This document shows, one piece after another, positions 12,709 to 25,881 of a DNA stretch of 64,000 nt. A program made the translations under genes and the position numbers. This DNA is from Cladosporium halotolerans (taxonomy: Eukaryota): assembly GCF_011745625.1 (NCBI RefSeq), contig NW_027191455.1, forward strand, positions 434,001 to 498,000, written 5' to 3'. The notes beneath the pieces were generated by a model. The model saw nothing but the letters and a program-made list of their open reading frames with translations. It had not been told where the DNA came from and did no database searches. The stretch's first letter is position 1; each line of letters starts with the position of its first letter.

Positions 12709-13781
12709 TTTCGTGTACGTGGAAGCTGCGGCGGTGTTGGCGGCAGCGGCAGCGGCGGCGGCGATAGTTTCGTTGGAACAATCGGGTGTCTGCGGCGCGG
12801 TGAAGGCGCTGGCGGGGATGTTTGGTGAAGGCTTGGTGGAAGTGGAGTAGCAGTAGCTAAGGATAGCGCTGCTGCTGGAGCGGTTGAGGGCGATTGAACG
12901 TGGGGCGTCAGTGCTCGCGGTCAGAGATTGGACGGCGAGATGAAGGGCGTTTGGACCGCTGGATGTAGGATTGGAGAAAGCTACACGGCGTATCCAGTAT
13001 GGCGATGTCCGTGGGAGGTGTTGGAGGCCGGCCATGAAATAAAGACGATTTGGAGGATCTCCAGGCAATGTGCGACGTCACAAATTATCATGCAATGTTG
13101 TGCAGTGGTCCAGGGATCAGGTATAGCACTCAATGACGACTGCACGCGAGGCTAGGGTGGATGCAGACAAACGGGCGTGTAAGGCTTGTATGGAAGAAGA
13201 GGAGGGAACCTATCTTCTCGACGCAGGCGGCGCCTTTTGTCTCTGCATTTGTGCATCATTTGCAGCAGATCTTTTCGACGGACGCGCGAGCAGTCAGTCC
13301 AAGCTAGGAAGTGTGCGCAGAATGTCGTGTTCATGTCGTCACAACATGAACGAGGGACGACGTTCAGAGATCGGATCGTCGCAGATCGAGAGGCACAAGC
13401 TCGGGACGTGCAGTGCTAGCGCCACGCTGCCTTTTGCGGAGGAGACGCCACACGAACGCGTCCCGTGCTGCTGGCTTCAAGCATGGGAACTGGGCACGTG
13501 AGCTCTGCATATGGTTGCCGCTGAGATATCGAAATTCAGAGACAGCGTCTTCCTGTCCCTGTAGAATGTACGCGATCAATATTAGGGCTTTAGAGCCCGC
13601 ATAAGCGCCGCTGTCTCAAGATGCCAAAACGTGCTGAGGAACCCACTCGGCCTATCAAACGGCAAAGGAGTCGGTGGCAGACTTAATCGACGATAAAGAT
13701 AATTACCATCCTACTACTACTGCATAACGGAACATGGAAAACCTCTATGTCGCGGTCTTCGACTTTCCTACTAGCTCCACC

Positions 13782-16700
13782 TCAGCCCCGCAGCGCGGCG
13801 GCGGCATCCTTCGGCGCCACTCCAAGCACGTTGGTCAAGTAGTCGAGCCTGTTTATAATGTCAGTGAAAGGCCCTAGTCAGAGGTTTAGCTCTCGGAGAG
13901 ACTGCGGAAAACTCACTGCACGCTCTTCCTGACCCTGCCCCTGACCTTCTCGAATTCCTTGACGGACTTGTCCCACGCGGCGCCTCGCTTCCTCGGCTCC
14001 ACCCTCTTGACGCGCACTTTGAACCGCGCGCTGACGGGCCGGTGGTCGCTCACTCGGACTTCCCATCGCCGGTATTCCTCGCACTTCACTTTGCCGAGCC
14101 CTCTGAAGAGCACGCGGTCGCACCACGCTGGCGCGCGCTTCTTCTCGCTGGTGTCGTAATCGTCCGTGTTGACGTTGTACTTGTACGTAGGCGCGAAAGT
14201 GATGGGAGCTTCGGCAAAAGCGCGCAGGCGGAAGCCTGGGTTCTTTTTGCGGGAGAGTAGGAGTTGGTCACGCTCTAGCAGGCGGGCAAGATTGCGCTGC
14301 TCGACGTGCTTGATGACGGTGTCGCGGCCCATGGTGTCGATACGGTAGTTGAGGTCGCCGTTGAGGATGCAGATTTCGTGGTCAAGGATCATGCTGCCGT
14401 CGCCGCCTGATGAGAAAATATCGGCGTGCGACACTTCGGACGTCTGTGTGATTGGGTTGGCAGGGAACGGTTCGGCTTCGAGGATGGCGGCGATGTCGTT
14501 GTTGCGGTGGATGGTTTGGGTCTGTCCAGCTGCCAAGTGGCAGTTCAGGAGACAGATGCTGCTGTCGTCGAGGACCATGCGGAGCACGAGAGCGCCTTTG
14601 TTGCCATGCAGACCTCCCATACCGCGTTTGACTTCTGCAGTATGTACATAATTGATTCGTGGTCGAAGCGAGCTCTTTACGAAGACGCAAGTGAAAAGAC
14701 CCACCATACTGGCTGTGTTGAGAAGTACGTATCCGGTGTCGGGCGGCATGAAGTCCTCAATGCATCGCGTGAGGTAGTCTCGCCACGCGCGATATTGATG
14801 GCTCATATGCTCCTGCTCTGCTGGGTCCTTCTTCTTGCTCTTGAAAAATGACTTTGCAGTTACCTTTTTATTTTCTAGATCCACAAGCTCCTGGAAGCCG
14901 AAGACCATGATGTCGGGAGATCCTGCAGCTTCCATGTAGTCTCGGAGAAAGTTATTGTCCTGGGTCATGTATTGTGTATGAACATGGCTGGGCTTGACCG
15001 CTCCCGCGTTCCATGTCATCACTGCCACGCTAAGCTCGTTGAAGCTGCAGAACTCAGAATCACGCTCATGCATGCGAGCATCGAGCCAGTCTTCTTCCAA
15101 CATGCCATCCCAGATGCGTAGCATGTTGTCTGTCCCAAGCGTGATAACTTGTAATTTGTTCATGTTCCACACTGCCGAGGGTTCAGCCACGATACTGCAA
15201 ATCTGCTTCTCGTGTGCGTGCCAGTCTTTCTTGACCTTCCAAGGCGTTGACGAGGTATCGTACACATACGCCATGCCCGTGTTGTAGCCAGCCCATAGGT
15301 AGTCGCCCACGCCGGCCAATGCGCTAATCTTGTAGACGCTGACATTGACTACACTGGTGCAGGTGAAGTTTCGTCGGTTGTATATGCTGACTTTACCATC
15401 AGAATGTCCAAAATAGACGAAGTCAGGCTGACTGCTGATGGTGGCACCAGACGTTACATCGCCTGTGCTTGGTTGAGATAGAGGATCCCGAAGCACTTGG
15501 AAGTCCGCGTCTGACGATGCACTTGGGCGGAAAATACGAATGTCTTTGCCCGTTGCGATCCACACCTGCTCTCCACACGCTATGCTGAAAGTATGCCCTC
15601 TCGGCACGCGGAAACTGTTCGTTTGCTGATCCAGGCTCGGCATGCCTGACGAACTTTTCCTCCAGACAATGAGTTCGCCGCTCTCGTCCAGAGTCCAGAG
15701 GTCAGATGCATACCGGAACATCCTGATGACTTCCCGGCGATGCGCATTTGACTTGGTCTTGACAAGGGATTGGTTCATGACGTCCACTTCGTGAATGTCA
15801 CCGGCATTCGTACCAAGCCAGATGCAAGTGCCCTCCTCGTCGTTGCTGGCAGATGGTTTGAAAACCAGCGAAGTAACTTTCATGTTCTCACTATGCGCCA
15901 TGAATAATACCCGTTCGCCGGTGCGAGTATTCCAGACCTTGGTAATGTAGCCCGAGGTACAGACATATTCACCACAGGCTGCAACGAGTCGTGTATCATA
16001 ATCCGTGGGTATATGGTAAGGCCGCTGCCTGTACCTAGGCGGTCTCCGGCTTGCCATGGACGAATCCGGAAAGTCGTTTGGTGCTGTGCCTTGTCCAGGA
16101 GCGGACGGGAACGGAGGATATTCCTCAACATCATCATGAGAGTGACCGTTAGTCTGCGCTACAGGTGGTATTTGAGGTCTCTTGTCCATGGATCTTCGAG
16201 GTGGTGGCACTTCAGGGGCGAGTGCTTTCGGGATGGCGCTCGCGGGCACAGCACTTCGATCAAAGCCTTGAACCAGAGGGTTACTCTGAGCAGGTTTGAT
16301 TGCCGGTATGCGCGGCTGCGTTGGCTCGTGATAAGTGTTTGGTCGAGCAGGGAGATCCGCAGACCTTCTTGGTGTGACGGATTGGGAGAGTTTGCTAGGA
16401 CTCGCTCGTCCAGATCGTGCCTTAGGCGGGCTGTTCCTTCCAGAGAGAGGCTTCGTTGGGCTCGTCCTGCCGGATCGCATCTGTAGCTCGGGCCTTGCTG
16501 GCAACCTTGGCCGATCACCTTCTAGGTCGCCCGCAGCAGTCATGTCGCGTGTATGGAAAGGCGAGTATCGAGCAGGCATGGTAGGTGCACGCGACAGCCC
16601 ATTCATGTGGCTGCGCTTAGCTGCAACATGGTGGTGCATTGGCGGCGATTCGAAACGTCTTTCCGGCAAAGATAATGGCTCCACATAAGAGTTTGTGGAT

Positions 16701-17554
16701 CCAGATCGAGCACGTTCCGCGATTGAAGACGAATCGGAGTCTGCTCTCAAACGTTCGACAAAAGAGGCGTCTGAGCCAGCCCTGGCATGACCGGATGGCA
16801 GTTTTTCTGGCGAATTCGGCGCGCTGCTCGGCGGCGTACTGAAAGGAGACACGCTATGATCGGTGAGCTCAGTAGGGTTATGCTCCGGAGCACACAGTCC
16901 TTGCGAGGGCTGGGCGAGATTCGGTGGCTTTGTAGGAACTTTGGGCTTTCCAGCTCGGTTGACAGGAGGTGGCCCGTTCGGTTTTGAAGGACCTGGCTGA
17001 GCTTTCGCAGTGGGCGATGACTGACTAAGGGGTGTTGTCGCGGGCTTTGCGGGTTCCGTGTTGATCAGGAAAGCACTCATCCTCTGTTCTAACGAAGGCG
17101 TAGTTGCTCGACTCAGATTACGAGAATGTGTCGCACTGGGCGACCCTGTGGATGGCGTCCCTGCACGTGCTACACCGACAGAACGGGGCTCCGAAGAGCC
17201 ATTTGATGGTGGTGACTTAGGCGAGTCGACAGTCACCAAAGGAGGAAACGGCTGAGGAGGAGTACCCGAGATCATAGACAGTGGCCTTTGTCGCGGTGGG
17301 GTCGGCCCTCTCGCCCGCGGTATAGCAATTGTAGCGGCATCGCTGGGACGAGGCGCGGACGGAGACGCGCTCAGCCTACCGGCAGACTGTGGACGATCGC
17401 CCGATGGAGGTCTGTTTCCCAAAGAGACATGCCTTTGCCCTGGCTGAGGTGTTTTGGCACCTTCCGGCTCTTTCTGCAAGTTCTCGAACTTCGAGCGAAG
17501 CGAGGATACCGGCTTGATCGAGGAGTCATCTGGGCCGTTGCCCTGCTGCTCCAT
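13782..17554 (-). CDS. Inositol polyphosphate 5-phosphatase with Pro-rich N-terminus and WD40-like propeller; short last exon after intron ~13849-13915
   Basis: TWNAGA, FGFQELVDL, GNKGA, NCHLAAGQ, GDLNYRI, PTYKY, PAWCDRVL, SDHRPV. Last exon LDYLTNVLGV..LRG*. Confidence 0.93.
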
Positions 17555-18238
17555 GTTGTCCTTGCTCTTCTACCCAAGCGAACAGAGCGGTTTTCACGTG
17601 CGGGCTGATCTTTCAAGGATGCCTAGCTCGTAATGCGCCATTGAAGGTGAAAGTGTGGCCTTTGTTTGCTGGCGGATCGCAGTGTGCCGTCGCATACAGC
17701 ATGCATTCGCCGAGTCTGTGGCAGTGAAGCTCAAGCGTATCACCCGCGTGTTCGCAGAAACTCGAAACGCCTCGCTCGCGTGCCTGCAACGAGCACGTGG
17801 TTCCGAGGAAGTGGGCTGATACAGTGGGCTCCGGGGGGAGGGGCGTCTGGGCGATGTTGTGGTTGTTGCTGGCCGCTGGATCAGAGCTCCCTCACGCGCA
17901 CCGGTCCCATGCCTTGTTGAGATCCGAATTGTGAGCTCCCTCTCGCATGCACTGACCCTTCCCCCAAGGACTCGTAAGCGGTGATCACCGGGCGGGTCCG
18001 TAATAGCGAGGATGTGGCAGTGCTCTGGCAGACAGCCGGCAGCTGCAGCGTGCTGCGTGCGTCTGACAGCCGTCAGCCGTCTCCCCCAGACTTTCCAACG
18101 CCGACGCCGACGGCAGGCAGAGCCGGCGGGGTCTTTACGCCTGCCGATCAGGCACTCGGCGCGATAATCAAAACAATTAAGTTTCAAGGTTTCAACCTCA
18201 CACGGTAGCAAACACGCTTTGAAACGGCAACCGTCAGC

Positions 18239-18663
18239 ATGTGGTATGAGTTTATCAGCAACTTGACAGACATGACGCAAGTCTAACAAAGCTCTACAGC
18301 AAACACATCCTCAACGCGCAAGTCGCGATTCGCTCCCCCTGCTGCCGGCAGTGGTTCGACTGCGCGGAATGCCATGCCGAGAAGACCGACCACGACCTCA
18401 AGGGGTCCACCGAGATGATTTTCGCCTGCAAAAAGTGCAAGAAGTGCTTCCGTAAAGACATGGAGACCTTTGAAGAGAGCGACGAGTATTGCCCACACTG
18501 CGACAACCATTTCCTGCTGGAAGCCGTGGAGCCGCAGGCGCGTCTGGAGGTCGAGGGAGAGGATATCAGGAAGGACTCGAGGATGATCAGGGACGAGCGC
18601 GTGAAGCAGAAGGAGATGCCGACGGTTTGGGACGACGAGGGCGAGGCTGTGAGATTGGGTTGA
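18239..18663 (+). CDS. CHY-type zinc finger protein; 5-nt first coding exon (18239-18243), intron 18244-18299
   Basis: Spliced product MCKHILNAQVAIRSPCCRQWFDCAECH..FACKKCKKCF..CPHCDNHF. Intron GTATGA..CTAAC..CAG. Confidence 0.9.
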
Positions 18664-19139
18664 GGCGGATATGACTGACGAGGAAAAATGGCGAGTGTTG
18701 TTCCGACCGAGCAGAGATGGGATCGCTGCCTCGCGGGAAGTGTTGGTCTCGGCTTTGATGCGAGAGTCAGCTTGAGGCGAGTGAAAGGTAGCCGTGTAGG
18801 CCTGGAGGAGACGAGGAGGCACCCCAGCGCCGCCCGCGGTCACATGTCGAAGATGGTGAAGGGCGGAAGACACGCACAAGGAGCGCGTCAAAGAGATATT
18901 AATGAGACATGAACAATTTCACAAGCAAATGGACAAATCCTCCATGTGAAAAGCAGGTACCGCCGTGCTCCTTCCTAACCTGCCCCTCTCCCGCTCATAT
19001 GTGCCTCCATCCCCCCTGCCTGCAGATTTTCTTCACTTCTCGCTCACTAACGCTACAAACGACGCCGAACTTCATATCAAACGTCCATTCTCTGCCTCAA
19101 CACCCTTGTTTCCGAGCCATTACAACAAAATACACCACA

Positions 19140-19841
19140 ATGCCGGGCCCAACAACTCCCAACCACACTCCTGCACCGCAACCCAAGCCCTCACCACCAG
19201 AACCTACAGCCCGCTCGCCACCACCTCCCCACCTGCAAACCTCCCGCCACAACCCCGACTTCCGCGCCCGCAACCAGCTCAAACTCCTCCAAATCGGCAC
19301 CGCGCTCTCCAACCTGCAACTCCACCTGCACCGCGTCAAGCAAACGGAGAACCAAGCCGCGCTCGACGATGTGCACGCCCGAGCCATGAGAGTCGGGAAA
19401 GGATTGGAGAGTCTCGCGGACGGGAGGTTGGAGTTAGCGAAGCCGCCGGGCTGTCAGGAGGAGGAAGCTGGGGAGATGCTGAGGATCGATCGCCCTGGGG
19501 ATTGGTACTGTGTTAGGCATGGGACGAAGGAGGAGGAGGGGGTGGAGTATGAGGAGATTTGTGCGGAGAGGGTTGGAGTGGCTAGGAGGGGGTATGAGAA
19601 GGGTTTGAGGGAGGGGAGTTCGGGGGATGGCATTTTAGGTGAGGATGCTGGGAAGGTCGAGGGTGGGTGCGCTGGCGAGGGGGGAGATGAGACACAGGAT
19701 GTGAGTGAGGACACTACACTTGTGGAAGACGATGAGGATAGGAAGTCGCTGGGCTTGGGTGTTTCGGCGGATGTTGAGGGACTTTCAGTCTTTGAGGACC
19801 GTGGCGCTGCTGGCACTGAAGCGGCGATGTTTCTTGAGTAA
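19140..19841 (+). CDS. Hypothetical protein (Pro-rich start, short helical core, acidic Gly-rich tail)
   Basis: ATG in acaATG context within a long ORF. No recognisable domain. Confidence 0.45.
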   Translation: MPGPTTPNHTPAPQPKPSPPEPTARSPPPPHLQTSRHNPDFRARNQLKLLQIGTALSNLQLHLHRVKQTENQAALDDVHARAMRVGKGLESLADGRLELAKPPGCQEEEAGEMLRIDRPGDWYCVRHGTKEEEGVEYEEICAERVGVARRGYEKGLREGSSGDGILGEDAGKVEGGCAGEGGDETQDVSEDTTLVEDDEDRKSLGLGVSADVEGLSVFEDRGAAGTEAAMFLE

Positions 19842-20181
19842 ATTGGGCATTTCGTCGCTAGAGAGATTGCGAGAGAAGATTCTGCCATGTTGAAACACTG
19901 TTGGTGGGCCTCGATCAAAAACTAGCAAGATTTGAGCATTGTAAGGAGTATGTATCCAGCGCGTTGAGCGCTGGATTTGCGAGTTTGACATTAGGCAGAG
20001 CAAGAAAATGCACCTATAAGTGAACACAGAGACTCGTTACTTCTTTCGAATTCTTGCTCGTTGATAGTACGCTTGCAAGCATCTTCTGGGACGTCTGATA
20101 GCAGCATATATATAATACAGACGTGCATTTCTCCCCTCGAAAACGCCATGCTATGCCCTCTCAAAAGGTTGGTCTATCATC

Positions 20182-21114
20182 TTACTCGGCGCCCGCCGGC
20201 CTCTCAGCCAGTACCTGCTCCTGACCCTGCGCCGAAGGAGGGCCGGCGGCACCACCTCTGCCGCCTCGCCTCGTTGCGGCCTCGGCATCCTTCTCGGTGT
20301 TGATCTTCTCCACGATCTTCTCGATCTCCTCGGCTTGCAGGTAGGCAACCTCGTTGCCGGGCGTCATGACGGCAATTTCGATGTTCTTGGCACCAGTTTG
20401 CACAACCTCGAGGAGCGACTTGATGGTCAGCTCGATGGTGCCGTCGCGGTCAAGAGAATCGGTGTGGTTGCGCTCGAGGAATTCGCGGACGGTTTTGCTG
20501 GATCGGCCGATGGCGTTTGCTTTCCTGAAAGTGTGTTAGTTATAGCCCTCGATCCACCTTGCTTTCGGTTCAGTGTTTCCGTACCATGCGCTGTAAATAC
20601 CGCTGGGCTCAGTCTGGTAGAGCCTAGCCTCCTTGCTACCCGGGTCGAAACCAACGATGAGTGTGCTGATACCGAAAGGCCGCACACCACCACTCTGAGT
20701 ATATCTCTGCTGCACTCCGGCGACGTATTTGGTGATGTATTCGATCGAAACGGGATCCTCGACAGTCAGCCTGTGACTCTGGGCCTCCAGTCGCGCCTTG
20801 TCGATGAGAATGCGGGCATCGGCGTTGAGGCCTGCAAAGGCGAGGCAGATGTGGTCGTCCACAAGACCAATCTTCGAAGGTGTGATGCGGGTGTCTTGCA
20901 GCTTCATGGCGGACTTCTTCTCGCAGCCTAGGACGACAATCTCGTTGCCCTTGACAGCGACGGCGCAGGTGCCGCGCTTGACGGCTTCGAGAGCATATTC
21001 GACCTGAAAGACGTGACCGTCGGGGGAGAAGACTGGGGAGTGTCAGTATTTGTTTTGATATCTCAAGGGCGTAGGTGACGCCATACCGGACAATGCGCGA
21101 TCGTAGCCGGACAT
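20182..21114 (-). CDS. PRE6: 20S proteasome subunit alpha4 (alpha type-7), 3 exons
   Basis: [88 protein letters not shown]. Confidence 0.97.
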
Positions 21115-21526
21115 GCTGGGCGGTCGGAGCTCGTTGGCTCAGCGAGAAGTACGGAAAGTCCTTGTAGTGGTATCCAGGTCACGAATGAGTTTGCAGAGAT
21201 GATCAAATGATCGGTCGTGAGTTCGTGAGGGAGTGTGGGGTTGGGGATTGCGGCGGATGGTTGTAGTTGATGATGTTTCCTTGAGCTTGAAGTCGCCGTC
21301 TGAGCTCACGGCCAGGCGACTGCTTGACGCGCGAGCTGGGGACAGGCGGCAGGTGTTCCGCGCGCGCAACAGCCTTGAGCGGGCGGGCTGACGGCTGGCA
21401 CAGAGAGTGTTGTCGTCTGCCGTAGCGATTACGCCCCGATATAGGCCGAGGACGGGAAACATTTACTCGAAGGTCGGCGGCATTGTTGCTTAGGCGATTG
21501 CGCTCGCACACTCTCACTCCACCACA

Positions 21527-23277
21527 ATGGCACCCATACATCGCTGTCTGCCCGTCGCCCGGCGATTGCGACTCTCCAACACCGCCTTCCAGCAGGCCGC
21601 CCGCCTGCGTCCTGCAAGCTTGTCGCAACAGCTCCCGCAGCAGATCAGATGGCAAACCACCGAAGCCCAAGCCACCACCTCAGCTTCCGGCGTCGACCAT
21701 GCGCCGCAGTCCCAGCCCGATCGCTCGCAGAAGGACATCAAATACTCCGCCGACTCCTACGGCATCCAGCGCGACTCTCGGTTCAAGAAGCTTAGTGCAG
21801 AGGATGTGAAGTTCTTCAAGGATTTGCTGGGCAGCGAGAGCGCCGTCATTGATGGCCTCACCCAGGATGCGACCGACGACCTCGAGGGCTTCAACGCCGA
21901 CTGGATGAAGAAATACCGTGGTCAGGCGAAGCTGGTGGTCAAGCCTCAGACGACCGAGCAGGTCTCGAAGATCATGAAATACTGCAACGACAACCTGCTC
22001 GCCGTGAACCCCCAGGGCGGCAACACTGGCCTGGTCGGAGGTAGCGTGCCTGTGTTCGACGAGATCGTCTTGAATCTTGGTCGCATGAACAAGATCCGTT
22101 CCTTCGATGACGTCTCTGGTATCCTCGTCGCCGACGCTGGCGTTGTCCTCGAAGCTGCCGACTCCTACCTCGCCGAGCGTGGCCACATCTTCCCTCTCGA
22201 CCTCGGCGCAAAGGGTTCCTGCCACATCGGTGGCAACATTGCGACCAATGCTGGTGGTCTGCGTCTCCTCCGCTACGGATCGCTTCACGGCACCGTCCTC
22301 GGTCTGGAGGCTGTTCTCCCTGACGGCACCATCATGGACGACCTGTCCAAGCTCCGCAAGAACAACACCGGCTACGACATCAAGCAGCTCTTCATTGGTG
22401 GCGAGGGCACCATTGGCGTCGTCACCGGAGTTTCCATCCACTGCCCTCAGCGCTCCCCCGCCGTCAACGTCGCCTACCTCGGCCTGCCCTCCTACGAGCA
22501 CGTCCAGAAAGCCTTCCGCGAAGCCAAGGGCCAGCTCTCCGAGATCCTCTCCGCCTTCGAGCTCATGGACACCGAATCGCAGCAACTCTACGTCCGCGCG
22601 ACGGGCAAATCCCTCCCCCTCGCCGACGAGCACCCCTTCTATTGCCTGATCGAGACCTCCGGCTCGAACCCTGACCACGACAGCGAGAAGCTGACCGCCT
22701 TCCTCGAGCACGTTATGGCCGAGGAGATCGTTGCAGACGGCGTGGTCGCCGAGAACGAGACACAGGCGCAGAACCTGTGGGCCTGCCGCGAGGGCGTCTC
22801 CGAGGCCAGCCAGCACTTCGGCGGCGTCTACAAGTACGACCTGTCCATCCCGCTGCCGGACCTGTACCAGCTCGTCGACGATTGCCGTGCCCGCATGCGC
22901 GAGCTTGACCTCATCAGCATCGACGACGAGAGCAAGCCGATCCTCGACGTCGTCGGCTACGGCCACATGGGCGACTCGAACCTGCACTTGAACGTCGCGA
23001 CGCGCAGGTACGACAAGGAGGTCGAGAAGGCGCTGGAGCCGTGGGTCTACGAGTGGGTGCAGAAGCGCCAGGGCAGTATCTCCGCCGAGCACGGTCTTGG
23101 TCTGGCGAAGAAGGCGTTCGTAGGTTACTCGAGGAGCGAGACGATGATCAAGCTTATGAAGCAGATGAAGGCCTTCTTTGACCCTGTGAGTATTCCTGCT
23201 GATACTTTGAGGCTCGACTTGACACAAGCTGACTTATAGCGCAGAACGGAATCATGAACCCTTACAAGTACATCTAA
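21527..23277 (+). CDS. DLD2: Mitochondrial FAD-linked D-lactate / D-2-hydroxyglutarate dehydrogenase; intron 23186-23244
   Basis: Arg-rich presequence. PQGGNTGLVGGSVPVFDEI, PLDLGAKGSCHIGGN, KNNTGYDIKQLFIG, GSISAEHGLG, FDP|NGIMNPYKYI*. Confidence 0.95.
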
Positions 23278-23508
23278 GCGGGCCCTCCCAGCCCGACGCA
23301 GCACGTTATCAGACGAAGCTGGACAAGCATACAAACGATACCATCATAGCATTTCCCCCCATTTCCACAGAGCCGTGGCACAAGCTCATGCGCTTGAGTC
23401 CTTGATGTACATGAATTCGTGCCAATTGGGTATATAAACACATATCAACAAACGAACAACAGAAGGAGACAAATCTCAAATCCATCAATCACAAAAAGCA
23501 TTCCCTGT

Positions 23509-24874
23509 TCATGCAACAATCTCCGCCTCATCGCTGTCCTCAACCACAACCTCCGGCCCAGACGACTTCCCCTTCCTCCCCTTCACCCCTCTCGGTTTCC
23601 GAAACGCCGGCGCTTTCCCCACAGCATCTTGAGGCGCCGCCGCCACAACATCTCCCCCCTCACTCTCGCTCTCAGAAAGCAAGTGCCAAACATCATCCTC
23701 CTCCTCCGCTTCCATCAGCGGCTTCGCACCAATCTCATCCTCGCTCTCCTCTTCCTCCTGCTCCGCAACGACCTCACTCTCCCCCTTCCGCTTCTTCCCC
23801 CTCACCGGCTTAAAAAGCGCTTGCATCTCCTTCTCCCCGCGCATCCTCAGACTCAGCTCGCGCACCAGCGCGTGCCACTCCAGCGGCGCGGCGCAGGACG
23901 GGCAGGAGCCGTCCGTGGGCAGGATCGGGGCTGTGTCGTGCTGCGTTGCATGGAAGTGTGACGCTAAGCAGGAGAGGTGCGTCGTGCTGGTGCAGGAGGA
24001 GGTGGGGCAGACGAGTGTGCTGGCGCCGGAGGGTGGGAGGGGGTGGGCGCAGAGGGTGCAGATTTTGGCAGACGGGGAAGAGAGGAGGGCGAGGGATTTG
24101 GCGAGGTGGGGTTTGAGGGATTGGTGGGTAATGTCGAGGGCGGGGATGCCGGTGGGCGGGGGCGGGTTGGTGTTGGGTTCTTGTTGTTGGTCGGATGGGT
24201 TCGCTTGGGTTTGCGCGTCGAGTCCGACCCAGATGCCGTCGCGCAGGCCGTTGCCGCCTTCGTGCTCGAGGTGTTGGTTGATCCAGCGCGTCCAGACGCG
24301 CCAGACGTCTTCGGCGTAGAAGGTGACGCGGAGCGGCCAGCGCTCGAAGCTGCGGGCGCCGAGGAGGAGGTGGAGGTTGGCGAGGCGGTCGGTGAGGCAG
24401 AGGCGTGGACGGGGAGGGCGTTTGCGCGCGCGGCCGGTTTTGGGCGAGATGCGCGATTTGCTTGTTTGTTTGGTGCGGGAGATGCGTGCTGTGGAGGAGA
24501 TGTGGCGTGTGATGTGGGTGTTTTGCCATGCCCATCTGGTGAAGTTCGTCAGATGGGGGGTTTCTGTGGATCTCTGGTGGTTTTGTCGCGTTGCAAATGA
24601 AGTGAAAGGAAAGGAAGTTTTGAATGAAAAAGCCGGGCTTGACCTACTCAAACTGCAATGCTGCAATTTTGCTGGGAAATCCAGTCACAAGCAATGCCAT
24701 CTCCCACGGACGCAGTGAATCCCGTGATGTCTTGACAGCGCCACCCTTGACTTCGCCATTGTGCTGCTTAAGACGACGAACAGGATTCGGCGTGCTGCCA
24801 ACGTACAAGGAGGCATGGCGGATGGTTGATCGTAGTAGATAACACGCATAGAAGGCCGGTATAGGTTTGTCCAT
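23509..24874 (-). CDS. SLX1: Structure-specific endonuclease subunit SLX1 (GIY-YIG plus C-terminal Zn finger); intron 24536-24647
   Basis: [50 protein letters not shown]-terminal CTLC..C..HLSCL..CPSC..W. Confidence 0.95.
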
Positions 24875-25881
24875 TCTCAGAGCGCGGACAGCGCAGACAT
24901 TCGTTGATTCAGCTGACTGTCAAACTTCCGCAATCCATCGTCTCGAGTCGGTCTTTCTGCCTCAATGTTGATCTGGTTCAAACCAGGCACGCGAGCTGCT
25001 CTCTCCCCGAACTGCTGCCGCGTCGGGCTGAGGAGCTCGTATATTTGATAGACGACCCTGAAAGATCGTGCAGCAACTCCTCCTGAATTGGCTGTGAGAT
25101 TATGACCACATATATACAAGTGTGTTTACGTCGGTCGCCCACGCTCCCGCCGCGTGATGGGGAGACGTCGAGACAGGCTGCCGATCCGAGACGCCTCAGC
25201 GCCGCCTGCTTCGATGGGCCCGGACTAGCGCGGCTTGGCGGCCGATGTTCTGACTTCAGGCCTGCCTCGCTGCCTTCTCGAAGCCGAGGAGCTGCCTCAC
25301 TCCACACTGTGCGTGGGACGATCTTTCGGCCAGGGAGATACCAAGTCACAGTCTGTCCCGTTGAAAGGCAGACGTCTATCACCATTCACGCTTTTCTACT
25401 CCATCAGGTCAAACCACCACCATATTTCGCGTGATATCCTGTATTTGGAACGTTGCATCCAGCACAGTCGCCCCATCCGGTTTAGCGCGGTCTAGCGTGC
25501 CCATGTAAGCGGACTCAAAGCCTGGAGGCCGTCAAGCGACCAGCATCGCATCGCCGGTGCCTCGCTCCTCCACCCTGCAACCCACCTCCGCCGCTCCTTC
25601 GCCCACACCGTATCCATCGACATCGTGCTGTCGCCGCCGGGCTGCCAGTCACGTCGCGTTCCCGAACCGTACAATCGACACATCCCCCCGCCCGAGCCTA
25701 TACCCAGTCAATATCGCTCACGCGCAGCCGAGCCGCATAGATCCCGTCGCGGCTGGCCGACATCTGCGACTGCGCACTGCGTCGCCAACGAACAACGCTG
25801 CGAACGGCGCCCTCTGCCACCGCTACAGTGTCTTGAGAGAACACAATTCTCCTGGGCCTTTGCGCCCACTGCATTGCAGAG

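Noticed and set aside
11968..12828. 286-aa + strand ORF
   Set aside because: Antisense shadow of the spliced GFA gene, whose exons and motifs are clear on the - strand.
21680..23227. 515-aa antisense ORF over DLD2
   Set aside because: Codon-register shadow of a strongly C/G-ending gene; no domain-like content.
23186..23277. Cryptic peroxisomal signal by alternative splicing or readthrough in DLD2 and the other enzyme stops inspected
   Set aside because: Intron retention (..QADL*) and the alternative acceptor (..RRTES*) give no PTS1, and no TGA-CTA readthrough context was seen at the stops inspected.
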